From: Arenicellales bacterium
GTDB lineage: Bacteria > Pseudomonadota > Gammaproteobacteria > Arenicellales > JAJDZL01
Assembly: GCA_965202615.1 (NCBI GenBank)
Contig: OZ241837.1
Location: 3,343,156 to 3,407,155 of the forward strand
Direction of reading: 5' to 3'
Length of the DNA stretch: 64,000 nucleotides
Each line of letters begins with the position of its first letter. The first letter of the stretch is position 1. A program made the translations under genes and the position numbers. Positions 45,617 through 55,540 of the stretch are shown here, piece by piece. The notes beneath the pieces are model-generated. The model searched no databases and was not told the DNA's origin. It saw nothing but the letters and a program-made list of their open reading frames with translations.

Positions 45617-47377
45617 TCACTGGGAATAATTCCATTCTGGTATTTGCTGATTGAATTTAAGTTGAGTCTGCTGCAGAGTAACTGAATCAAAAATTTCATC
45701 GAGGTGTTGAGTCAAACCAAAATCCAATCGCAAACTCGCCTGGGCTTCATTGAAGAATTGTTGCCTGGTCCCTGTTTCCTCAACATAAGCACGATTCCAC
45801 CATTCCATAATTCTTTCACGCGACTGATTCAACGTCAATAAACCGGGCAATTTGTCTCTTTTCTTATTTTGGTTAACGCTCCGACTCGATGGCATTAGAT
45901 TCCACAAATCATCACACGGCCAAGCGGAATATGGGAAACAATGATCAATGTCAAACTTGTCGATTTTCAATTTCCTGCCGGACCAGACACAGTGTAAAGC
46001 AACGCCTTTTTCGAACAGAAGCTTCGCTTTATTTCGTGAGATAGCAGTGGTGCGGTCTGGTTCACTCCACACCAGTGCATCTTCCACTTTTTCAATGTCA
46101 AGACTCCGGTTTTGCGATCTGGCATAACCCTTCATCAGTTCTTTCCACTCTGCAAGAATGGCGGGTTCTATCCAAGCACCGAATTTCTGTGCCGCCTGCC
46201 ATAATTCGAACGGTATTCGCACCTCACCAAAACCGAATAGATATGTCGAGTCAAGTGTCATTTGTGAAGGCACTGGTACTTTCGATTGTTTGTGAGCCAC
46301 GAAAACCTGATCTTCACTTCCCGGGTAAGTGATGTAATGCATCGGCATATTGTTCAAGGTAGAACAGATTTGCTGAAGTACACGATGCAGCGTTTTGGCC
46401 TGAATTGATTGAAAACTTACACCGACCCGAAATTCCAGCGACGTAAATTCCTGAAGCTGCTCAAATGCATTATTTGCAAACCCAATTCTTACAGTTCCAG
46501 TTGTATTTAACGGATTCTGTGGCAGATTTCGATCTAATAGCGGACTGTACAGTCGCAACCAGTAGAGTGCAAATAATCCCAAAGGGAGAACTACGTGGTC
46601 CTCGCCCTCCGGCCGTGCCAACCCGGCAGAAGACTGGGCTATTCGCACCAGTACCCGCAGCAACGCGAGTTTATAGGTGGAACTCTTGTTATCATTCAGA
46701 ACAATTCCGCGCAAGAGTGGCAAAGCCCCGGTGCCGTCGCCCGGAGACCGCAAAATTATGCGCGTCCAAGTGATCCCATCCCGTCCGAGTTGATCCTCTT
46801 CGAGGGAAACGCACACCGAGAATAGGCCGAAATCCCGAGCCAATTCGAGTACTTCATCTGGAGAAATATCCCAAAAACCACGCACTGGTTCGAAAGGGCC
46901 GTGTCGCAGCGTAAAACACATCAAACCACCTGGAGTAAGCAAACTGGCTAATCTGCGAAATGCCTTGCGCCGTTCTGAAGGGGCAACGTGCATCCAAACC
47001 GCGCTTAGGTTTATGACATCAAACGTCAACCCATTCTTGCGTACTTTTTCAAGTTTCGGCAGACTGTCATCCACCCAGCAGATTTTTTCAGACGGATGAA
47101 GCTTCCGGGCAGAAATTCGAAGCTTGTCGTTCGGTTCGACTGCAACAACATCATGCCCCAAATTAGCAAAACCAGCAGCATCCCTGCCCGTACCCGCACC
47201 GACATCCAACACTATGCCTGGTTCTTTCGGCAGGTGATTCAATAGCGCTTCGTGAGTTTGCTCAAATGAAAATCGCTCAAACTCCTCAAGAATTCTCTCG
47301 GAATTGTTTTCGTACCACTTTCTTGCGGTGATAAGTTTCTTTCTCTCGGACGGGGGCTGGTACGAATGCGACTTCAT
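45617..47377 (-). CDS. Fusion protein: N-terminal class I SAM methyltransferase, unassigned central region, C-terminal HNH nuclease
   Basis: MTase motif I VLDVGAGTGRDAAGFANLGHDVVAVEP and post-I/II regions. The C-terminus DIDHCFPYSAWPCDDLWNLMPSSRSVNQNKKRDKLP follows the D.DH..P.S...DD..N........N..K.D..P pattern of Cas9-type HNH domains. Confidence 0.75.
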   Translation of the reverse strand: MKSHSYQPPSERKKLITARKWYENNSERILEEFERFSFEQTHEALLNHLPKEPGIVLDVGAGTGRDAAGFANLGHDVVAVEPNDKLRISARKLHPSEKICWVDDSLPKLEKVRKNGLTFDVINLSAVWMHVAPSERRKAFRRLASLLTPGGLMCFTLRHGPFEPVRGFWDISPDEVLELARDFGLFSVCVSLEEDQLGRDGITWTRIILRSPGDGTGALPLLRGIVLNDNKSSTYKLALLRVLVRIAQSSAGLARPEGEDHVVLPLGLFALYWLRLYSPLLDRNLPQNPLNTTGTVRIGFANNAFEQLQEFTSLEFRVGVSFQSIQAKTLHRVLQQICSTLNNMPMHYITYPGSEDQVFVAHKQSKVPVPSQMTLDSTYLFGFGEVRIPFELWQAAQKFGAWIEPAILAEWKELMKGYARSQNRSLDIEKVEDALVWSEPDRTTAISRNKAKLLFEKGVALHCVWSGRKLKIDKFDIDHCFPYSAWPCDDLWNLMPSSRSVNQNKKRDKLPGLLTLNQSRERIMEWWNRAYVEETGTRQQFFNEAQASLRLDFGLTQHLDEIFDSVTLQQTQLKFNQQIPEWNYSQ

Positions 47378-47786
47378 AGGACTGAATTTAGTTTGTTCTA
47401 CGAATTCGTTAGAATCGCGCTGTTCAAAGGTTCTGGACCATCGTCATTAATTATCTCCAGATTCATTGGCGCCGAAGACGAAAATCTTTAGTGCATATTT
47501 CGTTTGACTGTTTGTCTGAACCGGTAACAATTCACCTGCTCGCCCAGACCAAGCAGGCAAGTAGCAGCAACAACACAAATTGAACCGGAACTGGCTGCGA
47601 ACCGCCGAATCAAGATCAAAAAATTGCAAGTATTCCCTTGTAAACCAAATAGTAGCTCAAAGAACTAACCGGAGTGTATGCTGATGTACTGGAAAGGAAT
47701 CAACCGTGATTCAATAGACTATTGCAGTCGTTCGCAGCTTGGTCGAGTCGAACGGATGAGTAGTTGTCCGAGCGAATAAAATCAAA

Positions 47787-48587
47787 TCAGTTCTTTCTGT
47801 CTGTATTATCGCGACTGGCTGTAACAGCACCACGCCGGGGTTTTTTCTTGGATGATCCCGTAACCCAAATCACAGGCCCGCTCAACAGGTAAACCAGACA
47901 CAACACAAATACGACTCTCGGTGGATCAAATGAAATCAGGGCAATTCCAAATACCATCATTATGCTGGTAACAAATGGAACCCGTCCTCGCACGCCGAAA
48001 TTTTTGAAACTCAGATAAGGGACGGCACTCACCATGCAAAGCGCCAGAATAGCGACGATCAATGTCGTCAATTCTGCAACCAGGACGAACTCTCCTCCCC
48101 AGCCGGTTTCGACGACCCACATCCAGGAGACCAGGAATGCAGCCGCCATGGGACATGGCAACCCTTGAAAATATTCCGGATTCGGAGATGGATGAGTGTT
48201 GAATCGGGCAAGACGCAGAGCAGTCGCAGAAACATAAAGAAACGCACATAACCACCCAATCTTGCCAAGACTTGAAACGGACCACTCGAAAACCACCAGC
48301 ACCGGAGCAAGTCCGAAACTGATGACGTCAGCCAGACTGTCGTATTCCTTGCCGAAGTCGCTTGTTGTATTGGTCAAACGAGCGACCCTTCCGTCGAGTC
48401 CATCCAGTACGGTTGCGATCAAAATTGCAATGGCGGCAACTTCAAACTGACCAGTTGTTGCCTGAATGATGGAAAAGAAGCCGAAAAAAAGTGCCCCTGT
48501 AGTCAATAGGTTGGGCAAAACGTAAATTCCGCGACGACGCCTGCGGTATTTTTTGGTAGTGGTTGTTTTCTTTGATTCCAACTTCAT
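47787..48587 (-). CDS. pssA: CDP-diacylglycerol--serine O-phosphatidyltransferase
   Basis: CDP-alcohol phosphatidyltransferase motif DGLDGRVARLTNTTSDFGKEYDSLAD in a polytopic 266-aa protein. Confidence 0.9.
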   Translation of the reverse strand: MKLESKKTTTTKKYRRRRRGIYVLPNLLTTGALFFGFFSIIQATTGQFEVAAIAILIATVLDGLDGRVARLTNTTSDFGKEYDSLADVISFGLAPVLVVFEWSVSSLGKIGWLCAFLYVSATALRLARFNTHPSPNPEYFQGLPCPMAAAFLVSWMWVVETGWGGEFVLVAELTTLIVAILALCMVSAVPYLSFKNFGVRGRVPFVTSIMMVFGIALISFDPPRVVFVLCLVYLLSGPVIWVTGSSKKKPRRGAVTASRDNTDRKN

Positions 48588-48774
48588 TTGTAACTGCCCT
48601 GACCCGCGATTTATCGGCCGGCCGCAAACGAAACTGACGATTCGTAGACTTATATCTAAACTTTCAACACGATTCGCTGAATTCGCTTATCGACAGTTCC
48701 TCCAATTATGACTTATTCGGCGTCGGGATGCAGATTCGTCCAAAAAAAGAGGAACACGAGATACTCAATCGATA

Positions 48775-49401
48775 CTAAGTGATTGAGCCAATAACATCAG
48801 ACCCGCCTTTAACGTATTCCCCGATACTGACAGAAACACTGTAGTTAATCGGCAGAAACAACTCTACCCGCGAGCCAAATCGAATGAACCCGTATTTCTG
48901 TCCCACAGACACATTATCGCCGGTTTCAACATAGCACAATATTCTGCGAGCAATCAAACCTGCAATCTGCACACAGGTCACATCACCGGCTTCCGGGGTG
49001 CGAATAACGATTGTGTTGCGCTCGTTCTCTTCCGATGATTTGTCAACTGCCGCATTTAAAAACTTGCCCTGACGATACTCTTTAGTGGCGATCACTCCAG
49101 CGACAGGAATTCGATTGGAATGCACCGAGAAGACATTCAAGAAAATCGCGACCCGAATCGCCGCTTCCCCGCTGACCGGATCCTTACTGTCTCCAACTGC
49201 GACAATCTTGCCGTCAGCAGGAGAAACCACAACACCAGGATCAGTTGGAACTCGGCGGACCGGTTCGCGAAAGAACTGAAGGACGAATAGCACCAGCAGC
49301 CAGAACGGAATCGACCATGCCCCGCCGACGGTGAAATACGCTACCAGTGCTACGAGTAGGAACGCCGCAACAAAGACATAACCCTCGCTGGCAAGACGCA
49401 T
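48775..49401 (-). CDS. psd: Phosphatidylserine decarboxylase, short form
   Basis: 208 aa with an N-terminal membrane anchor and an FGSRVELFLP region resembling the self-cleavage G-S site. It is adjacent to pssA. Confidence 0.75.
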   Translation of the reverse strand: MRLASEGYVFVAAFLLVALVAYFTVGGAWSIPFWLLVLFVLQFFREPVRRVPTDPGVVVSPADGKIVAVGDSKDPVSGEAAIRVAIFLNVFSVHSNRIPVAGVIATKEYRQGKFLNAAVDKSSEENERNTIVIRTPEAGDVTCVQIAGLIARRILCYVETGDNVSVGQKYGFIRFGSRVELFLPINYSVSVSIGEYVKGGSDVIGSIT

Positions 49402-49402
49402 G

Positions 49403-50961
<1,559 letters not shown>

Positions 50962-52704
50962 TTAGGCCAACTCCCGTTCCTGCGGAACGGCGTCTCCCTG
51001 TTCCGATGTGGAGCCTAAATGCATCTCGTTGTGACCGCTTCCGGCAGCGATCATCGGAAATACGTTTTCCTCTGGATCGGTGATGAAATCCAGGAATACA
51101 AGGTCATCCTTCCTTGCCATTGTTTCTCGCAGTGCGTCTTCAACATCTGCAGGATTTTCAACGAGAACCCCGTCGTGCCCGAAACTTTTAGCCAAATCAA
51201 CAAAGTTCGGCAATGCATCCATATACGAATGCGAATACCGGCGATCATAGAAGAATTCCTGCCATTGCCTGACCATTCCCATGTAGCGGTTGTTTAAGTT
51301 AACAATTTTGATTGGAAGGTCGTACTGTTTGCAGGTTGACAATTCCTGAATGCACATGATGATGCTGGCTTCACCGGTGACGCAGACCACATCAGAATCC
51401 GGATAGGCCAATCGAACACCCATGGCAGCGGGCAGTCCAAAACCCATGGTACCCAATCCCCCGGAGTTCACCCAGCGACGGGGTTTGTCGAATCGGTAGA
51501 ATTGGGCCGCCCACATCTGGTGCTGCCCCACGTCTGAGGTGACAAATGCCTCGCCATTGGTGATTTCGTAGAGCTTTTCAAGAACGTATTGCGGCTTGAT
51601 TTTGTCGCTTTTCCGGTCGTAGTACAGACAGTCGATCGATCGCCAGGAATTGATCTGGTTCCACCACGCTTTGAGCGCTTCATAATTCGGTTCAAGACTC
51701 AATTTCTCAATTGCGTTCAACAAATCTGCCAAAACAAGCTTGGCATCGCCAACAATTGGAACTTCGACCTGAACGTTTTTACCAATTGAAGCAGGATCAA
51801 TATCGATGTGTATGATCTTGGCATAGGGGGCAAACTTGGCAAGATCTCCGGTAATTCGATCATCGAACCGGGCGCCGACTGCGAGCATCACGTCACAGTC
51901 ATGCATCGCCATATTGGCCTCATAGGTGCCATGCATCCCAAGCATGCCGATAAACAGAGGGTCATTGGCGGGGTAACATCCAAGTCCCATCAAGGTATTG
52001 GTGCATGGATAGTCAAGCATGCGAACAAGTTTTCGCAGTTCCTGTTCTCCGCCTGCGGTAGTCACGCCGCCGCCAGTATAGACAATTGGACGTTTGGCAG
52101 ACAACAACAACTTCGCTGCTTTCTTGATCTGTCCGGTATGCCCCTTGAGTGTCGGATTGTAAGACCGCATCGACACAGATTGGGGGTAGTGATACTCGGT
52201 CTTGTTCGCTGTAACGTCCTTCGGAACATCAACTACAACAGGCCCGGGCTTGCCGGAATTGGCAATAAAAAATGCCTTCTTGATCGTCATGGCCAGATCC
52301 TTGACGTCTCTGACCAGAAAGTTGTGTTTCACGCAGGGACGCGATACACCGAGCGCATCGACTTCCTGAAATGCATCATCTCCAATCAAGTGTGTGGGAA
52401 CCTGGCCGGAAATCACGACCATCGGAATAGAATCCATGTACGCGGTGGCAATACCCGTAATGGTATTGGTTACACCGGGACCTGAAGTTACCAGTACAAC
52501 ACCGGGTTGGCCGGTTACGCGTGCGTAGCCGTCTGCCGCGTGAGAAGCACCCTGTTCATGACGCACAAGAATGTGACGGACATCATCTTGTTTGTACAGG
52601 GCATCGTAAATATGCAGTGCTGCACCGCCCGGATAACCGAAAATGTACTTGACACCTTCGTCTTTCAAGCAACGCACCAGAATATCTGCGCCTGTCAACT
52701 CCAT
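50962..52704 (-). CDS. ilvI: Acetolactate synthase large (catalytic) subunit
   Basis: TPP enzyme: GYPGGAALHIYDAL and the TPP-binding motif GGLGTMGFGLPAAMG...GEASIIMCIQEL. 580 aa. Confidence 0.95.
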   Translation of the reverse strand: MELTGADILVRCLKDEGVKYIFGYPGGAALHIYDALYKQDDVRHILVRHEQGASHAADGYARVTGQPGVVLVTSGPGVTNTITGIATAYMDSIPMVVISGQVPTHLIGDDAFQEVDALGVSRPCVKHNFLVRDVKDLAMTIKKAFFIANSGKPGPVVVDVPKDVTANKTEYHYPQSVSMRSYNPTLKGHTGQIKKAAKLLLSAKRPIVYTGGGVTTAGGEQELRKLVRMLDYPCTNTLMGLGCYPANDPLFIGMLGMHGTYEANMAMHDCDVMLAVGARFDDRITGDLAKFAPYAKIIHIDIDPASIGKNVQVEVPIVGDAKLVLADLLNAIEKLSLEPNYEALKAWWNQINSWRSIDCLYYDRKSDKIKPQYVLEKLYEITNGEAFVTSDVGQHQMWAAQFYRFDKPRRWVNSGGLGTMGFGLPAAMGVRLAYPDSDVVCVTGEASIIMCIQELSTCKQYDLPIKIVNLNNRYMGMVRQWQEFFYDRRYSHSYMDALPNFVDLAKSFGHDGVLVENPADVEDALRETMARKDDLVFLDFITDPEENVFPMIAAGSGHNEMHLGSTSEQGDAVPQERELA

Positions 52705-52779
52705 TGTCTATTTCCTCTCGTTTGGTCGAGTTCGCTCATTTCGCATGTTTAAGTGTGTCTTTTTTCGCTTAAACAAATA

Positions 52780-52807
52780 ATTATAGTAAGTGAATTTTGC
52801 AACACAA
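52780..52807 (-). promoter_or_regulatory. Possible sigma70-type promoter for ilvIHC
   Basis: On the minus strand, TTGTGT is followed after 16 nt by TATAAT, about 75 nt upstream of the ilvI ATG and only about 18 nt inside the IS boundary. This is a pattern match only. Confidence 0.3.
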
Positions 52808-52934
52808 TACAATTCGCAAATCGGGGGGTGCACGTCAAATAAATGATCGATTTTGGTATTACAAGAATTCAACGGGGTTTGCACTCCTAATCTGTATGTA
52901 TAATTAACATACAATACAACTGAGGAGAACACCC

Positions 52935-53309
52935 GTGAATTCCATCAACCAACTCAATGAGCAACTCAATGAGCTGCGCCATCAAATCGCTTCGGTCGAC
53001 TTGTTCCGACCCGGCACTCTGTCATCGCACCTGCGAAAGTGCGGCAATCCGCACTGCCAGTGCGCCCAACCCGGTGGCCGCAAACACCCAGGCTGGCAAC
53101 TGACCCGCAAAGTCGACGGCAAATCGCGGTGCCGCAGCATCCCGCAATCGCAACTGGAAGAGGTGCGTAGCCAGCTCAAGGAGCATGAGCGTTTTCAGAG
53201 CCTGATCAAGCAGTTCACGGAACTGAATGACGCCTTGTGTGATGCGCTTCTGAAAACTCAGCGAGCTGAAAAAAAAACTTCACGCCCCGGCACGCGCAAC
53301 TCAAGGTAG
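52935..53309 (+). CDS. Transposase N-terminal ORF (zinc-ribbon / DUF6788-like)
   Basis: CGNPHCQCAQPGGRKHPGWQLTRKVDGKSR motif with a GTG start. The ORF ends shortly after an A9 run at 53269-53277. Confidence 0.65.
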   Translation: MNSINQLNEQLNELRHQIASVDLFRPGTLSSHLRKCGNPHCQCAQPGGRKHPGWQLTRKVDGKSRCRSIPQSQLEEVRSQLKEHERFQSLIKQFTELNDALCDALLKTQRAEKKTSRPGTRNSR

Positions 53310-53344
53310 ACTACGAAGCCGAAGTAACCCGCGAAGTCAAACAG

Positions 53345-54628
53345 TTGCTGACCGGCCAGCTTTGCTTGCCGCAAGCGGATTTCGAAGCGCTGGAGGGCGC
53401 CGTGCTGCGCCAGGTGCGAGAATTTGGCGCGACGCTGATGGCGACGCTGCTCAATGCCGACCACCGCGACTGCCAGGGTTCACAGTTGCCCTGCTCGTGC
53501 GGGCAGCAGGCGCGCTATTCGGGGCGACAGTCGAAAACGGTCACCACAGTGCTGGGGAACATAGTGCTGGAGCGGGCGTATTACCACTGCCGGGCTTGCG
53601 GCAGTGGAAGTTATCCCCGCGACAAGCAGCTGGGCCTGACGCACACTTCAATCTCACCGGGAGTGTTAAGGATGATCGGCATCAGCGCCGCACATCTGAG
53701 TTTCGGACAGTCGGAGACGATGCTGCGGGAGTTGGCGCAGCTTCGGGTTGATGCCAAGCAGGTGGAACGCAGCGCCGAGCGCTTGGGCACTGCGATTGCG
53801 GTCGAGGAGCGCAATGTGATTGACATTGAGCCCAACACTGCGAAGACCCGCTACTTGGGGATGGATGGCACTGGCATACCGATGCGTGCCGAGGAGACCG
53901 CCGGGCGTTGCGGCAAACAGCCGGACGGCACGGCCAAGACCCGGGAAGTGAAACTGGTGGCGAGTTGGACCGCAGAGACCCTGAAAGACGGCAAGGCGGT
54001 CACCGACAAAGGCTCGGTCACTTACAACGGCGCGATTGAGTCGGCACGCACGCCCGATCATGCCAAACAGATCTCGGCGTTTGGTCAGCGAGTCGAGCGC
54101 GAAGCGCTCCGGCGGGAGTTTTACCAGGCCGAGCGGCAGGTGGTGATCGGCGATGGAGCAGTCTGGATCTGGAGAACTTGCCAAGAGTTGTTTCCCAAAG
54201 CCATTCAGATCGTCGACCTATACCACGCCAAGGACCGATTGGCGAAACTTGGCAAGGCAGTCTACGGTGCAGAGTCGGATTTGCTGAAGCCTTGGCGAGA
54301 GCATCAGTTTGCGGCCTTGGACAAGGGGGACATTGATGCGCTGCTGGCGGTCATTAAAACGCTTTCGGAGCGCTGCCCAGAGGCGCATGAAGCAGCTGGG
54401 TATTTTGAGCGAAACCGCCATCGGATGCAGTATGCGAAATTTCGAGAACAGGGCTTGTGTGTGTCGAGTGCCGTGGTCGAGGCCGGTTGCAAAAACGCCA
54501 TCGGTGCACGGCTCAAGCAATCCGGCATGCATTGGAGTGTCGCTGGCGCCAACGCCATTATCGCATTGCGATGCAGTGTGTTAAGTGGCCGGTTTGATGA
54601 TTACTGGTATCGCAGAGCCGCCTGTTAG
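53345..54628 (+). CDS. ISKra4-like transposase catalytic ORF (-1 frame relative to the N-terminal ORF)
   Basis: LERAYYHCRACGSGSYPRDKQLGL, IVDLYHAKDRL and VVEAGCKNAIGARLKQSGMHWSVAGANAIIALRC resemble ISKra4-family transposases as I remember them. The frame is open back to the A9 run. Confidence 0.65.
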   Translation: MLTGQLCLPQADFEALEGAVLRQVREFGATLMATLLNADHRDCQGSQLPCSCGQQARYSGRQSKTVTTVLGNIVLERAYYHCRACGSGSYPRDKQLGLTHTSISPGVLRMIGISAAHLSFGQSETMLRELAQLRVDAKQVERSAERLGTAIAVEERNVIDIEPNTAKTRYLGMDGTGIPMRAEETAGRCGKQPDGTAKTREVKLVASWTAETLKDGKAVTDKGSVTYNGAIESARTPDHAKQISAFGQRVEREALRREFYQAERQVVIGDGAVWIWRTCQELFPKAIQIVDLYHAKDRLAKLGKAVYGAESDLLKPWREHQFAALDKGDIDALLAVIKTLSERCPEAHEAAGYFERNRHRMQYAKFREQGLCVSSAVVEAGCKNAIGARLKQSGMHWSVAGANAIIALRCSVLSGRFDDYWYRRAAC

Positions 54629-54884
54629 CGGATTTTGCCATAAAATTGACGTGCACCCCAAATCGGGTTTGTTCATTGAAAATAAACAAACGATCATCTT
54701 GGCACATTTAACGTCAAATATTATGTCGCGTACATTCGCCTCACACCCCGTCGTATACTGCACCGGAGCGATCTGTGCACCATAATGCTCTACGCAACAT
54801 CACACCAACCCGACAGCATACTGGCCGTTGCCGTATCGCTGGATTACTGGAACACGAAGAACCGAATCAAAGGAGAACGAAACC

Positions 54885-55118
54885 ATGGATCAAGAAGTTA
54901 ATTTGCTTGATCGCATCACCTTCCGCGCCGACATTTTCGGTGGCAAACCAATTATCCGCGGCATGCGTTTCGCGGTCGAACATGTGTTGGAAATGTTGGC
55001 TGCAGGCGATAGCGTCGAGACCATTCTCAGTGAGTATCCCATCCTTGAGCCGGAGGACATCCAGGCGTGTCTTCTCTTCGCCCACCGCTCCCTGGCTGGT
55101 GAGGAAATTCATGAGTGA
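54885..55118 (+). CDS. DUF433-domain protein (antitoxin-like)
   Basis: The DRITFRADIFGGKPIIRGMRFAVEHVLEMLAAGDSVETILSEYPILEPEDIQACLLFA pattern is typical of DUF433. The start at MDQEVN is preferred. Confidence 0.7.
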   Translation: MDQEVNLLDRITFRADIFGGKPIIRGMRFAVEHVLEMLAAGDSVETILSEYPILEPEDIQACLLFAHRSLAGEEIHE

Positions 55119-55138
55119 ATTCCGGCAAGAACCGCATC

Positions 55139-55264
55139 GTGAGGTTTCTTCTCGATGTCTGCGCCGCCTCGCGGGCACTTTACAAGACCGGACAAGGTAA
55201 TTTGCATTTTCAGCCAGATGTCTGGGATAACAATATCGGCGACTTCTACCCTAAACGCTCATGA
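55139..55264 (+). pseudogene. Truncated DUF5615 (PIN-like) partner remnant
   Basis: The 41-codon frame begins VRFLLDVCAASRAL, matching the usual M(R/K)FLLDENL opening of DUF5615 proteins. It diverges and stops early, and it is out of frame with the ATG at 55111 that overlaps the DUF433 stop. Confidence 0.3.
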
Positions 55265-55540
55265 TTGGGCCTGATTCATCACCCCGCGCGCAGATGAAAT
55301 CTGACATAGCGACGCTGCGTTTTTGTATGGTATATGCGGAGGCTGAAAGGTGGTCGTCTTTACTAAGCACGGCAACCCCAACGTGTTGACGCGTGACAAG
55401 GGCACTTCGAAGCTGGGCCAAGCGCAAGCGCTCATGCCTGCCTTTTTGAGGTGGAGCGTTACGATGAGCCGCCGCCCGTCACGGCTCACCGGCCCGCTAC
55501 AATCACGCGAACCGAAAATTAGACATCCATAGGACAAAGC

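Larger units (their letters stand above)
52825..54659 (+). mobile_element. ISKra4-like insertion sequence (1,835 bp) with target-site duplication
   Basis: Perfect 14-bp terminal inverted repeats: GGGGTGCACGTCAA at 52825-52838 and TTGACGTGCACCCC at 54646-54659. They are flanked by the direct repeat AAATCGG at 52818-52824 and 54660-54666. Confidence 0.8.

Noticed and set aside
44177-47377. Septu-like (ATPase plus HNH) defence system
   Set aside because: The ATPase and HNH genes are convergent rather than in one operon. The ATPase is of the AAA_14/DUF4143 type rather than the PtuA type, and the HNH protein is a large fusion unlike PtuB.
55265-55540. Glycine riboswitch (gcvT motif) upstream of the GcvT-like gene
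   Set aside because: I could not find the conserved GGAGAG...ACCGAAGG-type aptamer cores. The downstream gene also looks like a demethylase-type paralog rather than the glycine-cleavage T protein.
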